A stretch of DNA of 64,000 nucleotides from Patescibacteria group bacterium (GCA_043816305.1 JBDRHZ010000012.1:55701-119700), one strand, 5' to 3'; positions 1 through 10,045 are shown, counted from the stretch's first letter. Notes: generated from the sequence alone by a model not told the origin. A program made the numbers and translations.

Positions 1-664
1 TGCCATCGGATTAAGAATATGATTTAATACATATAAATTATACCCCAGGTTAGGGGCTTTTGCAAATTTACGAAATTTCAGTTCTTCGACAAATAGTTTC
101 TTGGTTAATTATGGATATTTCCAACCTGCTTCCTGCGTATGATGAGAACTGCACTGAAAACACCATTAGCCAGCACCCAGGTCAAAGGATATGACCAAGT
201 GAGTATTGAGTCGGAATTTAGTCAGAAATTCAATTCCTTTTGTTACCTAATAATTTTATAAAGACTTCGGTTTGATATTATTTGATTTGATATAAATATC
301 TTCTCGTTCACAATGGATTAAAAATCCTGCCCGATGGAAAAGGATCATATTCAGGGAATATTTCTTCTCAACTAACGGAATTATCTAGCAAAAACTTCGG
401 AAGGATTATTTCTCTTGTTTTTTTCTATTTGCCATAACGATGCTGATCAAGCCCAAGACCATGATAAACGATGCTGTCAAAGAATAATTAAGCTTAAGTT
501 TTTCAGACATCTACTTTCTTAAAAAAACTGTTTAATGAGAATATATTGAGAATCTTCTTCAATTATACTAATTCTATTCCTAGATATTCCTTCTTAAATA
601 AGTATTATTTTACTTAAGTCAGAGTTTGGAAAAAACTGGACATTTTATAAGTAATCATTTTTGT

Positions 665-1234
665 TTACTTTCTTAATTTTAATTCAACTCTTTTTCTGCT
701 GGCAGATTTTTCAAGTTGTTCTTTAAGAAGTAGGGATTTGGCCTTGAGATCATCTTCTCTAACTTTTTCAGTCTTTATTTTTTGTTTACCTATTCTTAAT
801 GACGTTTCTAATTCGTATACTGAAAGTATAGTAGTAGCTATGCAATAAAAGTTTTTTGATCTTCCTTCATCAAAATGCTTTAAGAAGATCTCTAGTAACT
901 CAATCCGTCTTTTCTGCTGTTTAATAAATTTCTCCAAACCCTGTTTTTTAATAGAATTTAAATTTGAAATAGATTTTCTGTGAGTTACAAAAGAATCACC
1001 TTTATCCCAACCTTTAAGTTTCGAACATGGAAATTTATTACATTCTGCACAGACTTCAAAATTTTGTTTTTTCACACAACAAGTCACAAGCGAACAGGAT
1101 GGGTGCTTATCGGAAAAATCAGGACCACAACATCCTGGGCACCTCGAAGGACCTTTAATATAGTATCTTGGACATAAGCCACAATCTAACCCACAAACAC
1201 CAAGTGTAGGATACTTTTTAATGACTTTATCCAC
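665..1234 (-). CDS. Cysteine-rich DUF3795-like protein
   Basis: 189-aa ORF with an N-terminal Cys cluster GxCGLDCGLCPRY...CPGCC...C.LVTCC...CAEC.KFPC, as I recall for DUF3795. No other motif seen. Confidence 0.45.
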   Translation of the reverse strand: MDKVIKKYPTLGVCGLDCGLCPRYYIKGPSRCPGCCGPDFSDKHPSCSLVTCCVKKQNFEVCAECNKFPCSKLKGWDKGDSFVTHRKSISNLNSIKKQGLEKFIKQQKRRIELLEIFLKHFDEGRSKNFYCIATTILSVYELETSLRIGKQKIKTEKVREDDLKAKSLLLKEQLEKSASRKRVELKLRK

Positions 1235-1431
1235 GATTTTTAGTTAAATCAATTATACTAAAATGCTAAATAATTATACTTTATCGACTTTCATATTTCT
1301 ATAGAATTATTGTTTTTAATATCTTTATGAAATGATAATGAATAGGGGACTTATACCCTCCGGAGGCGGTCGGGCCATTAGACGACCAACACTCATTTTT
1401 ATAAGTTCCTCCTTCAAAACCGTGACTTCAA

Positions 1432-1502
1432 TTGCCGGGCTTAGATTCGAACTAAGATTCAGCGCTTCAGAGGCGCTTGTCCTACCATTAGACGACCCGG
1501 CA
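1432..1502 (-). tRNA. tRNA-Gln (anticodon CUG)
   Basis: Reverse complement folds as a cloverleaf. Acceptor is TGCCGGG/CCCGGCA (U1-A72). D-arm is GTC-TAATGGTAG-GAC. Anticodon arm is AGCGC-CTCTGAA-GCGCT (U33, CUG, A37). T-arm is CTTAG-TTCGAAT-CTAAG. CCA is not encoded. Confidence 0.75.
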
Positions 1503-1799
1503 TTTTTTAGTGTTAGATTTTAATACACGTTACTTTCCGATTCATTATCCCGATTCGTTATACTCATCGGGACTAGGTCAGACTACGCATTTCTTTCGTG
1601 CCTCAAGAAATCCTAGTTCTGCCTTGAGGACGACCCGGCAACATTGACCCCAGGTATTTTACCAGAGAAGAGTGCAAACAGTAAATGCCCGAAATAGCAC
1701 TTCAAAACGAAGGATATCTTAATTGATAACTGGGAATTGGTCATTGTTATTTACTGCTTCCTGTTTACTGTGTATAATACAAAGATTATTAAAAGTATT

Positions 1800-2210
1800 A
1801 TGGAAAGAAAAGTAAAAGTATATACTGACGGCGGGGCAAGGGGAAACCCAGGGCCTGCTGCAGCTGGAGTTGTGATATTTGATGAAGAGGGTAGACTACT
1901 AGCCATTGACGCGAAATATCTCGGTGAGACGACAAACAATCAAGCTGAATATCAAGCACTAGAACTTGCGCTCGAACTTCTGCAAAAGAAGGACATTTCT
2001 CGAGATATCACTTGTTACTTGGACAGCGAGCTTATCGTTAAACAATTAAACGGGGAGTACAAAGTCAAAAATTCTGACATTGCTATAGTAAAGAAAAGAA
2101 TTGACTCATTGTCTGAGTTTTTTGAGAACATAGAGTTCATTCATATCAGACGTGAGGAAAATAAGTTTGCAGATAAACTCGTAAATGTTATATTGGATGC
2201 AAGGGAGTAG
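1800..2210 (+). CDS. rnhA: Ribonuclease HI
   Basis: ORF 1737..2210. Motifs VKVYTDGGARGNPGPAAAGVV...TNNQAEYQALELAL match the RNase H catalytic core (DGG...E...D). The likely start is the internal Met at 1800 (MERKVKVYTDGG). Confidence 0.85.
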   Translation: MERKVKVYTDGGARGNPGPAAAGVVIFDEEGRLLAIDAKYLGETTNNQAEYQALELALELLQKKDISRDITCYLDSELIVKQLNGEYKVKNSDIAIVKKRIDSLSEFFENIEFIHIRREENKFADKLVNVILDARE

Positions 2211-2275
2211 CTAATAGTTAATATGTAATAGCAAGTAACTATCAAGTAATTGATAGTATTATTTAAGAAATTTCC

Positions 2276-3727
2276 ATGTCGAAAACATATTCTGTAGACA
2301 TTACAGATAAAAGACAAAAAAGACGCAAAACTCTTCGAGAAAAGAAGAAGGATAAAAAACCACAAAAGGGAAAAGTTAAGGTTATTGTAACCTTACTCAT
2401 TCTGTTTGGACTTCTTGGAGGTGTCGGTTACTATTTATATAATGCAGCTTCTAAATGCGATGGGGCAAATTGCAATCCGATACTGCGTCCCATCGAAGCT
2501 ACGATTGATCCAAAACTTAAACAAGATAAAGGTCTTACGAATGTGCTTGTTGTTGGTATCGATACGAGAGAGGCTAATCCCGGTCTTATGAATACTGATA
2601 CGATAATGATCCTGACTGTTGATCATGTAAATCAGTCTGTTGTCATGACTTCGGTTCCCAGAGACCTCTGGGTTTCTTACACCCTGCCAAACGGAAATAC
2701 TACTTCCAGTAAAGTGAATAGTGCATATGCGATGGGAGAATACTTCGAAAGTGGGAAGGGAATAGAGACATTAACAGGGGTTGTTGAAATGATTATTGGG
2801 CAGCCGATACACTATTATGTAAAAGTGACTTTGTCTGGATTTGTAGAGATAGTTGATACTATAGGAGGTGTGGATATCGATATCCCGGAATATTATAAAG
2901 ACGCATACCCGAAGTCAGAGCTTCCACAATCGTATCAAGACACCTGTGCTTCATTCTTTCATGCAGGAGAGTACTGTATTTTTGAATTTCAAGAGGGGAC
3001 TGAACATATGGATGGCCAGAGAGCATTGATCTATGCCAGAAGTAGACTTCTTAGCCCCTTAGGAGATTTTGATCGTGCAAGAAGACAGCAGAGAGTCATA
3101 AGTTCTGTGAAAGATGAGGTACTCTCCAGTGATACATTACTTGATCCTGCCAAGCTCTGGGATATATATAATATCGTCAAGGATAACATCGAAACGTCAA
3201 ATTTTACCATCAACGACATACGCGCTGCTCTCAAGCTCAAGGATGAATTTGACCCCGATAATATAGGACAACTTGTACTTGATCCAAATCTTGGTTACGT
3301 TCCCAATAAATACATCTATAGACCATATGACTTCCCAGGCAGAGGCTACAACATTGAAGCTCACGACCTGACATATGCTTCGATTCAAGCATTATTTGGG
3401 GAAGTCAGGAAATATCCGCTCCTTTATAATGAAGCTCCCAAGATCTCAATTTACAATGCAACAGGTAATCCGGTACTTGCGAAAGACTGGACAAGCGAAA
3501 TCCTAAGTAAGGCATCTTTTGTACAGATCGTGGAAACGAACAAACTTATCCAGGATCCAGAAGGGAATTTATCGGGCATCAAGATTTATAAATTTACTGA
3601 TACAGAAAAACCGGGAACTGATGAATTCTTAAAGAAAGTTTTTGAAGTAGGTGAGATCACTACTGAGAACACAGAGGTGATAGAAGCTTATCGAGGAGAA
3701 GATTATGTGATTGTTGTAGGACCGTAA
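2276..3727 (+). CDS. LytR-CpsA-Psr (LCP) family cell-envelope phosphotransferase with a C-terminal extension
   Basis: N-terminal basic tail plus a TM helix, then LVVGIDTRE...NTDTIMILTVDH...SVPRDLWV, which is the LCP signature. 483 aa. Confidence 0.8.
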   Translation: MSKTYSVDITDKRQKRRKTLREKKKDKKPQKGKVKVIVTLLILFGLLGGVGYYLYNAASKCDGANCNPILRPIEATIDPKLKQDKGLTNVLVVGIDTREANPGLMNTDTIMILTVDHVNQSVVMTSVPRDLWVSYTLPNGNTTSSKVNSAYAMGEYFESGKGIETLTGVVEMIIGQPIHYYVKVTLSGFVEIVDTIGGVDIDIPEYYKDAYPKSELPQSYQDTCASFFHAGEYCIFEFQEGTEHMDGQRALIYARSRLLSPLGDFDRARRQQRVISSVKDEVLSSDTLLDPAKLWDIYNIVKDNIETSNFTINDIRAALKLKDEFDPDNIGQLVLDPNLGYVPNKYIYRPYDFPGRGYNIEAHDLTYASIQALFGEVRKYPLLYNEAPKISIYNATGNPVLAKDWTSEILSKASFVQIVETNKLIQDPEGNLSGIKIYKFTDTEKPGTDEFLKKVFEVGEITTENTEVIEAYRGEDYVIVVGP

Positions 3728-3787
3728 TCCGTATTCAGTAATCCTTAATCTCTAAGCTGTTGCTTTCAGGAGCTTTGTTTTACAAGA

Positions 3788-3806
3788 CAAGGGGTTTTAC
3801 CCCTTG
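3788..3806. terminator. Bidirectional hairpin terminator between convergent genes
   Basis: CAAGGGG-tttta-CCCCTTG stem-loop between the LCP (+) and ABC-2 (-) gene 3' ends. Confidence 0.5.
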
Positions 3807-3918
3807 CGAGGAAATGCTAATAGATTTATTCAAGGGGCTACTGTCAGAGGCGGGCAGGAAAGTCCCTAGTCCTTGATTTTATAGTTTTGTATATATACCG
3901 GCGTATCTGCTCATCGGC

Positions 3919-4734
3919 TCATGAGCTCACGGAAGAATAGCTTTTGAGTCCCAGTTTCCAGACGAGGTTGCTTCCTAGATAAAAAACAGTAGCGAGAATG
4001 ACATAGTAGCTAGTTAGCGGCCAGTCTATGTTATTGAAGAAGATGACTGAAGTCGGTACTGTTGTGACTAGAGCAACTGGGATTATGAAACTTGCGATAA
4101 ATCTTATAGCCCCTTGGTAAGCGGATGACGGGATCGACCCTGGATCATTTAATACAGTATGCAAAAATCCCCTTACCGACTCCATTCTTCCCGCCCAGAA
4201 AGCCAGCGATAATACTATGAAGAAGATTGAGTAGAATACTACCACTGAGCAAGCTGCAAGAATTAACAATTTCAAAACGAGGAGAAAAGTTATGACAATT
4301 TTCAGCTTGATGATAGATATGAAGAAAACAGCCAGTCCGAATAACGCATTGGGTATACTGGCGATATCAAATTCATTGAACGAAGCAAGAAATTTTGAAC
4401 CGATAGGTTTTGTGAGCAGTCCATCGATCTTGCCGTAGAAAATATTATCAGAAAGAGAGTTTAGGCTGATATCAAAAAGGAACCAGAAAATGTTCTGGAA
4501 TATATGAAAAAATCCCATAAACCCTATGTATTGCCAGATACTGTATCCGGCGAAGGAGTCTGAGTAACTGTAAAGAATATAGATCCATACTATACTGGCT
4601 ATCAGCCAGAGACTTATGGAGACTGTCGTGAGATAGAAGCTGGCCCGATAGGTGAGTGCTTTCTGATAAGAAAGACTTAGGAGTCTAGCTAATATTTTCC
4701 CATATTTTAGAATGTTATGCACCATACGCTTCAT
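3919..4734 (-). CDS. ABC-2 family transporter permease subunit
   Basis: 271-aa polytopic membrane protein, clear paralogue of 41302..42117. It forms an overlapping pair with the upstream permease. No ATPase is adjacent. Confidence 0.55.
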   Translation of the reverse strand: MKRMVHNILKYGKILARLLSLSYQKALTYRASFYLTTVSISLWLIASIVWIYILYSYSDSFAGYSIWQYIGFMGFFHIFQNIFWFLFDISLNSLSDNIFYGKIDGLLTKPIGSKFLASFNEFDIASIPNALFGLAVFFISIIKLKIVITFLLVLKLLILAACSVVVFYSIFFIVLSLAFWAGRMESVRGFLHTVLNDPGSIPSSAYQGAIRFIASFIIPVALVTTVPTSVIFFNNIDWPLTSYYVILATVFYLGSNLVWKLGLKSYSSVSS

Positions 4735-5503
4735 ATTTTTTGATACCGAATTTATAAAGTAATTTGAAAATAATGATTATCAATATCACCCACAAGGCCT
4801 GCATTCCGAACATAAAGGGGAGATTGATTTCGTCCGGGGTAAATATGATATCTGCTGAAAAGGCAAAGGTGTATCTATAGAAAAGTAAGTTGTTGATCCC
4901 TGCCATCCAGGCTGGCATGAGAACTACTGGGAAAACCTGTCCTGAGAGAAGCATAAATAGTATTCTATTTAGTCTGCTTATCGGATCAACATTCTGGATG
5001 AAAAATGCACACATTCCTATGATCATATCCCAGAGAGAGAAGATGGTTGCTCCCAGAATCATAGAGACAAGTAAGAACAAAAGCTGTTCAATCGAAGTGA
5101 TCGGTATTTTTAAATTGAAAACTATAAGAAGGACTATAAAAATAGGTGCGATAAGGATGAGACTTCCGAGCTTCCATCCTTGCTCGATGAAGATGTATCT
5201 CAAGATGGGATGGATAGGTTTGACTATGAAAGCGCTGATCCCGCCATCTTTGATGGAAGAGCCTAGATACTTGCTCACTGTCCCGCCTATGATGTACCAA
5301 AGGATCGCCATAACAAGAAAGTAGGTAAGAAGATCGGTCTGCTGGAAGCCGTTTATTTCCTTCTTGTCTCCATATACTGCTACCCAAGTCACATAGTTTA
5401 CAAACGCCGGGAGCAAGCCGCAGAAGAACCAAAACAGATTGTCAAATCTGTGTTCGTATTGCCGCATGAGATTTACTTTGAAAACTGCCCAGTATTTTTT
5501 CAT
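4715..5503 (-). CDS. ABC-2 family transporter permease subunit
   Basis: 262-aa polytopic membrane protein, paralogue of 42098..42892. Stop and start overlap with the 3919..4734 gene. Confidence 0.55.
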   Translation of the reverse strand: MKKYWAVFKVNLMRQYEHRFDNLFWFFCGLLPAFVNYVTWVAVYGDKKEINGFQQTDLLTYFLVMAILWYIIGGTVSKYLGSSIKDGGISAFIVKPIHPILRYIFIEQGWKLGSLILIAPIFIVLLIVFNLKIPITSIEQLLFLLVSMILGATIFSLWDMIIGMCAFFIQNVDPISRLNRILFMLLSGQVFPVVLMPAWMAGINNLLFYRYTFAFSADIIFTPDEINLPFMFGMQALWVILIIIIFKLLYKFGIKKYEAYGA

Positions 5504-5636
5504 GACTTAAGATTTTATTATATTTAAGAATTTATTAGTAGGAGAATCGAAGGACTGAAAGAATGCCCAATGATCAAATACCAATTACCAACGAACATCC
5601 AATCCTTCGACTTCTCTCAGGATAAACAACTAATAA

Positions 5637-6140
5637 CTACTCCTTTATATAAAGATAATTATTATCCAAGACCTTTTCATATTTCCAGCTTGGGAATTTG
5701 AAAATGTGGAGAATGATCTTGGATCTAGGGGTGGTTCTATTTTGCAATTTCTTTTCCAGTGATTTCATTATGCCCTTGACGGGATAAGAGGTGATGATGC
5801 TGTACTTTGGGAAATCAATGTTCCAAAGGCTTCTCCAATGTATAAATGCCTTGTTTCTTAGTCCTGCTTTGCGTATTTTCATTTTTGAAATTAGAACAAG
5901 TATTGGATTGATTTCATATCCGTGCGACTCAATACCTTTCTTTGCAAATTCGATGACAATTCTTCCATCGCCGGAGCCCAGATCTACGACCTTGTCACCT
6001 TGTTTTGCTTCAGATAACTTGAGCAGTGCTTTGAGTCTTTTCTTGTCGATTGGCAGGTATGGAGCTCCCTTGATAACAGGAGCGGCTACGATAAAAAATA
6101 CAGGAACTAAAATAATTAGTAAGATCAAGACTTTTTCCAT
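5637..6140 (-). CDS. Membrane-anchored class I SAM-dependent methyltransferase
   Basis: N-terminal TM helix, then VVDLGSGDGRIVIEFAK (motif I GxGxG) and YEINP. 167 aa. Confidence 0.6.
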   Translation of the reverse strand: MEKVLILLIILVPVFFIVAAPVIKGAPYLPIDKKRLKALLKLSEAKQGDKVVDLGSGDGRIVIEFAKKGIESHGYEINPILVLISKMKIRKAGLRNKAFIHWRSLWNIDFPKYSIITSYPVKGIMKSLEKKLQNRTTPRSKIILHIFKFPSWKYEKVLDNNYLYIKE

Positions 6141-6406
6141 AACAATAGGATTATATTGGCTGGGGTGGGGGAAGTAAAGGGATTTTGTTTAGTAGGCAAA
6201 GAGCGGGACATACGGGTCTGGAACCCCACGTTCCAAGAATATTATACAAGAAATGAGACATTTGGGACAGCATAAAAAAAGTGAAATATAGATGTCACAG
6301 ATAGCAATATCTTATCCTATAGTTTGCCTACTAACTTTTCCTTCCCAACGAAAATTGATTCTATAGCTTTCTCATAAAATTATCTCCACTTTTTTAGAAT
6401 AACTCC

Positions 6407-7318
6407 TTAATCTCTTGTCTTATCAACTTCAGTACGTAAAACATCATGAATAGGAACTCTCCTTCTTATAAGTCTACATTCAAAATCTGTAATTTCAAGC
6501 CCTTTTTTTTCTGCCTGAAGCAAAATACCAGCTACATGCACTGTATGACAAATACAGGCAATTGTAGAAGCACTTTCACCTAAAATAGATCTAAGCATAA
6601 AAGCCTCGCGTCTATCATAGTCCCATGCAAGTTCACTGCTTAATTTATCAGACCAGTCTATAAGATCATCCGAAAATACCTCTGCATAATCCCATTTTTC
6701 GAAAATTTCTTTTATTACTCTGACAATCTCTTGCCTTTGTTCTTCATTTGCATGATTCCAACCTAAATCCATCTGTAATTCTCTTACAACTTCTCCTGCC
6801 ATCCCTCGTCCAATCATTTGGGCGTATTCTATAGGATTTCCCATTATATCCATTGTTGCAGCAAAAATGTGTTTATCTTGGGGAACATTTAGTTTAGCAT
6901 ATTGAAGTTCAGAATCAACTACAGAACCAACGCAGCGTACTCTATCTTCTTCTAACCACCCAGGGGAATCTCCCTCTATGAGTAGAGTTACACCCTCCGG
7001 GAGTTTTCTAAGAAACTCATCGATTAGATTAGTTTCATAGGGATGTGGACTAGCTCTAAAGATTCTTTCCCCATCTACAAATCTCAGACTGTACAGAGTC
7101 ATATGCTGAGTACCTAGCATTGAAACTCTTTTACCATTAATCATAAAAGAAACTTCTATGTGAAAATAATGACCAACCATCCTTTCAAAGTTAACTCCAG
7201 CAGCAGAGAAACTAGCATCTTCCCTTAATCTATGAGCAACCTTAAAAGGAGTACCCTTATAATCATCTTGTTCTGTATCGTCTAAAAGTATATCTAGTTG
7301 ATCTTTTTCTTCCTCCAT
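6407..7318 (-). CDS. Hypothetical protein (acidic N-terminus), function unknown
   Basis: 303-aa ORF immediately left of repeat A. No recognisable motif. Confidence 0.4.
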   Translation of the reverse strand: MEEEKDQLDILLDDTEQDDYKGTPFKVAHRLREDASFSAAGVNFERMVGHYFHIEVSFMINGKRVSMLGTQHMTLYSLRFVDGERIFRASPHPYETNLIDEFLRKLPEGVTLLIEGDSPGWLEEDRVRCVGSVVDSELQYAKLNVPQDKHIFAATMDIMGNPIEYAQMIGRGMAGEVVRELQMDLGWNHANEEQRQEIVRVIKEIFEKWDYAEVFSDDLIDWSDKLSSELAWDYDRREAFMLRSILGESASTIACICHTVHVAGILLQAEKKGLEITDFECRLIRRRVPIHDVLRTEVDKTRD

Positions 7319-7483
7319 GTTCCGATATTTTTGTTAAATGATAAAGATATTTTAACATAGGGAGAATTGAGATCGCAATTAAATTTACACCCACACCACC
7401 TCCCCATCCCCATCAACAAAGTGCCATCTCTGTCTCCTTTTACCTTTTCTGGGATGAACTTTGGGGAAATTCTTACACAAAGA

Positions 7484-7517
7484 AACTGGCGGGGTGCGTG
7501 GGACAAGGCTCGAACTT
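7484..7517. repeat. Direct repeat A (34 bp), att-like, identical to 9764..9797
   Basis: AACTGGCGGGGTGCGTGGGACAAGGCTCGAACTT is identical at both loci. The reverse complement contains a tRNA-like T-loop, GTTCGAGCC. Confidence 0.8.
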
Positions 7518-7654
7518 GGTTTGATTTACATCCGACATTTGAGTTAAGTTTACCAAATTTGTCATTTGATTTGGAAAAGAAGGATTTAATTCTTCTAGCA
7601 GAGTTTTAAGTTATTGATTCAGTCTTACAGTAAACAAGCTGGTATAATCTTTGC

Positions 7655-8410
7655 ATGAGCATACGAATAAAACGGTTCTACGATAAAATACCAAACTATG
7701 ACAAAAGCAAAATCGACAACGACTTTGATAATATAGATGATCTGCTAATAAGACTTGAAGGTTCTATAGATAATAAAGATATTAAAATAGTACACCAACC
7801 TATTGAAGACGCTTTTAAATCAAGGCTAACAATTATTTTATATCAAAATAACTTAAGAGCTTTCTATTTACTTACCGGAATAGTTACAGAGTTAAACGCA
7901 GATAATTTACCAGCCGCTTTGCCATTAATTAGAGCATTTTACGAGTTGATGATACAACTAGGTTATTTGTGCAGTCAGATCTTAAATCATAACGATTTGA
8001 ATTACTTGCTTTCAGAACTATTTCATAAGGTATTTTTAGGAAATCGAAATGAGGGTGCTGGCGTACTCGCTTTAGGCAAAGTAGAAACTATCAGTATTAT
8101 GACGATGCTTAGCCATGCTGAGAAAGTATTTAATTCTATTGATCCTGAAGGTACTAAAGATAAGCAAATACTAACAAACTACTATGCAGATCTATCAAAC
8201 AAGTGTCATCCCAACTTTAATAGCAATATGTTCTTTACCAGTCTTGATGAAAAAGGAGAACTATTAGGATTAGATGATATTGGAGAAAATATGAGCTCTG
8301 TCAAAGCACTTGTTTATCATGAATATATGAGTCCTCTTCTGAGTGCAATAGATCATTACAAGTTGTATATGGACAAAATAAATGCTGATCCAAAAGTCGT
8401 AACTACTTAA
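7655..8410 (+). CDS. Hypothetical protein (islet cargo)
   Basis: 251-aa ORF between repeats A and B. No recognisable catalytic motif. Confidence 0.45.
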   Translation: MSIRIKRFYDKIPNYDKSKIDNDFDNIDDLLIRLEGSIDNKDIKIVHQPIEDAFKSRLTIILYQNNLRAFYLLTGIVTELNADNLPAALPLIRAFYELMIQLGYLCSQILNHNDLNYLLSELFHKVFLGNRNEGAGVLALGKVETISIMTMLSHAEKVFNSIDPEGTKDKQILTNYYADLSNKCHPNFNSNMFFTSLDEKGELLGLDDIGENMSSVKALVYHEYMSPLLSAIDHYKLYMDKINADPKVVTT

Positions 8411-9401
8411 CGATCTGATAAATAACTCTAAAGATTGCAGTTGATACAAAGCTGAAGTATTTCGAATATTCATCATCACCAATACCATCAGTTATATCGT
8501 GTGATGTGAGATTTCGCAGAGCATAACTCACCCAAAAACTCATCACCATTCCAGAGGTATTTGAATTCTCCGATACAAACCCAGCGACATCCTTCATAGA
8601 AGATACATTATTTGTTTTGTCAAAAAAGTCTGTTTGTATATTGGCGTTTTTTGGTAGAAAATTTTTACCAAAAGTACTACTCATCTTATTGTTAAAGGCT
8701 TCACCTATATTATTTATTTCTGGAAATAATATCCTACAAAGACTCTCAAAAATCAGACTTCCTTCTCTCAAATGTGATTGGAGGAGATTTGCAGAACTTC
8801 CTGTATTAATACACAGTTGTGAGATAACTGAGTACTCTGAGTATTGAGAGAGCCAATACGCAAGTGTAATTATTAAACTAACATTTTTATTATTCCACGA
8901 AGTAGTAATTTTTTCTACGATATTTTTCCAGTAATCTACATAATCCATTCCTAAAGAAATGCCAGTATTATCTTCAAATTTTTTGAATAACTCTTTCACA
9001 GGCTCTTTCAGTTTCTTGTATAGTCTAGTTGCAGTTCCAGAATCAGATTGTAAAGTTAGTAATTTATATGCAGGATTATTTTTGAAAGTTGCTTTATCTT
9101 TACGTCTGTCTTCTTCAATTGCCATCGATAAAAATAGCATCGCTTTATGAAAACTCCCAATATCTCCTTGAAGCCATGCCATTAAGTAATATGGTGTACC
9201 TTTATGTGCGAGATTATAGGTGGCAATGTCAAATTTCCGTACCTTATTGAGAATATCTAAATATCCAATATACCTAGCATAACTCTGATCTTTGACAGGG
9301 ATTGAATTACCAGGTCCAAACTTTTCAAAGAACTTATCCCACTTCTGTGGATCAGATATACCTTTTAGAGCTTGAAGCTCTTTTTGTAATTGGTCATTCA
9401 T
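8403..9401 (-). CDS. Hypothetical protein (islet cargo)
   Basis: 332-aa ORF convergent with 7655..8410, 3' ends overlapping by 8 nt. No recognisable motif. Confidence 0.45.
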   Translation of the reverse strand: MNDQLQKELQALKGISDPQKWDKFFEKFGPGNSIPVKDQSYARYIGYLDILNKVRKFDIATYNLAHKGTPYYLMAWLQGDIGSFHKAMLFLSMAIEEDRRKDKATFKNNPAYKLLTLQSDSGTATRLYKKLKEPVKELFKKFEDNTGISLGMDYVDYWKNIVEKITTSWNNKNVSLIITLAYWLSQYSEYSVISQLCINTGSSANLLQSHLREGSLIFESLCRILFPEINNIGEAFNNKMSSTFGKNFLPKNANIQTDFFDKTNNVSSMKDVAGFVSENSNTSGMVMSFWVSYALRNLTSHDITDGIGDDEYSKYFSFVSTAIFRVIYQIVK

Positions 9402-9445
9402 AAACAGAATTATACTATATCAATATAAATTATTAACATCTATCC

Positions 9446-9703
9446 ATGACTCTAACTCCTTTCGAATGGCCCCAATATCATCTAGACCGAGTACGTAAAG
9501 TTTTTGAGCCTCGCTACGGTGAAAAACTCTCCGATGAAAGAGTAATAAATATTGCCAACAACCTCTATGGATACGCAGTTGTATGCTATGACTCATGGAA
9601 AAAGAGAATTAAAAAAGAAGAGGATGAGATTCGAACCAGGAAAAGAAATGGTGGACAAGAATTTCCACATACAGAAGAAGGTCAGGATAAATTACGAAAT
9701 TAA
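9446..9703 (+). CDS. Small protein, paralogue of the element gene 37362..37565
   Basis: Shares RKVFEPRY..KL.EE.V..IA.NL..YA.VC with the 67-aa protein inside the large element. Confidence 0.5.
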   Translation: MTLTPFEWPQYHLDRVRKVFEPRYGEKLSDERVINIANNLYGYAVVCYDSWKKRIKKEEDEIRTRKRNGGQEFPHTEEGQDKLRN

Positions 9704-9756
9704 TAAAAGGTTCGAGTCGAACCGAAGAAGCTTGCTAATTAGGGGAAATTTCGAGC

Positions 9757-9797
9757 CAGTACCAACTGGCGGGGTGCGTGGGACAAGGCTCGAACTT
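9757..9797. repeat. Hybrid direct repeat B (att-like junction)
   Basis: The left 16 bp (9757..9772, CAGTACCAACTGGCGG) is identical to 40051..40066 next to tRNA-Ser. The right 34 bp (9764..9797) is identical to repeat A. Confidence 0.8.
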
Positions 9798-10045
9798 TTT
9801 TCCTTACTCACCCTCTAACAAGGATATATATTCCCGAACTTTCTTTCAAGTTTAATTTACCTGCTAATTTAGATTTAAATTGTTAAAATAACCATTATGA
9901 TCTACAAAAAAGGAAAGGGTGCGAGAGTTTACTACAACACCGGTTTTAGGAATTATGGATGTCTGATATCATTACTTATTCTTCCTATCCAGCTTATCAT
10001 CCTTGTACTAATGAAAATGATAAGAAGGTCATAAGACAAACTGGG

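Noticed and set aside
406-510. 34-codon hydrophobic ORF in the leading 660-bp noncoding stretch
   Set aside because: No convincing ribosome-binding site or conservation evidence is available, so it is too weak to call.
1340-1400. Second tRNA gene left of tRNA-Gln (GGTCGTCTAATGG-like D-arm sequence)
   Set aside because: No acceptor or anticodon arm pairing could be built. It is treated as a partial duplication of tRNA-Gln.
7484-7570. Repeat A/B sequence (reverse complement GTTCGAGCCTTGTCCCACGCACCCCGCCA) as the 3' end of a complete tRNA gene on the minus strand
   Set aside because: A canonical T-loop is present, but no complementary 5' acceptor strand, D-arm or anticodon arm could be found upstream at either copy. 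I interpret it as an element-borne tRNA-mimicking att arm.
9552-9818. 88-aa ORF overlapping the 85-aa gene and repeat B
   Set aside because: It overlaps the better-supported paralogous 85-aa gene in another frame and runs across the att repeat. Likely spurious.
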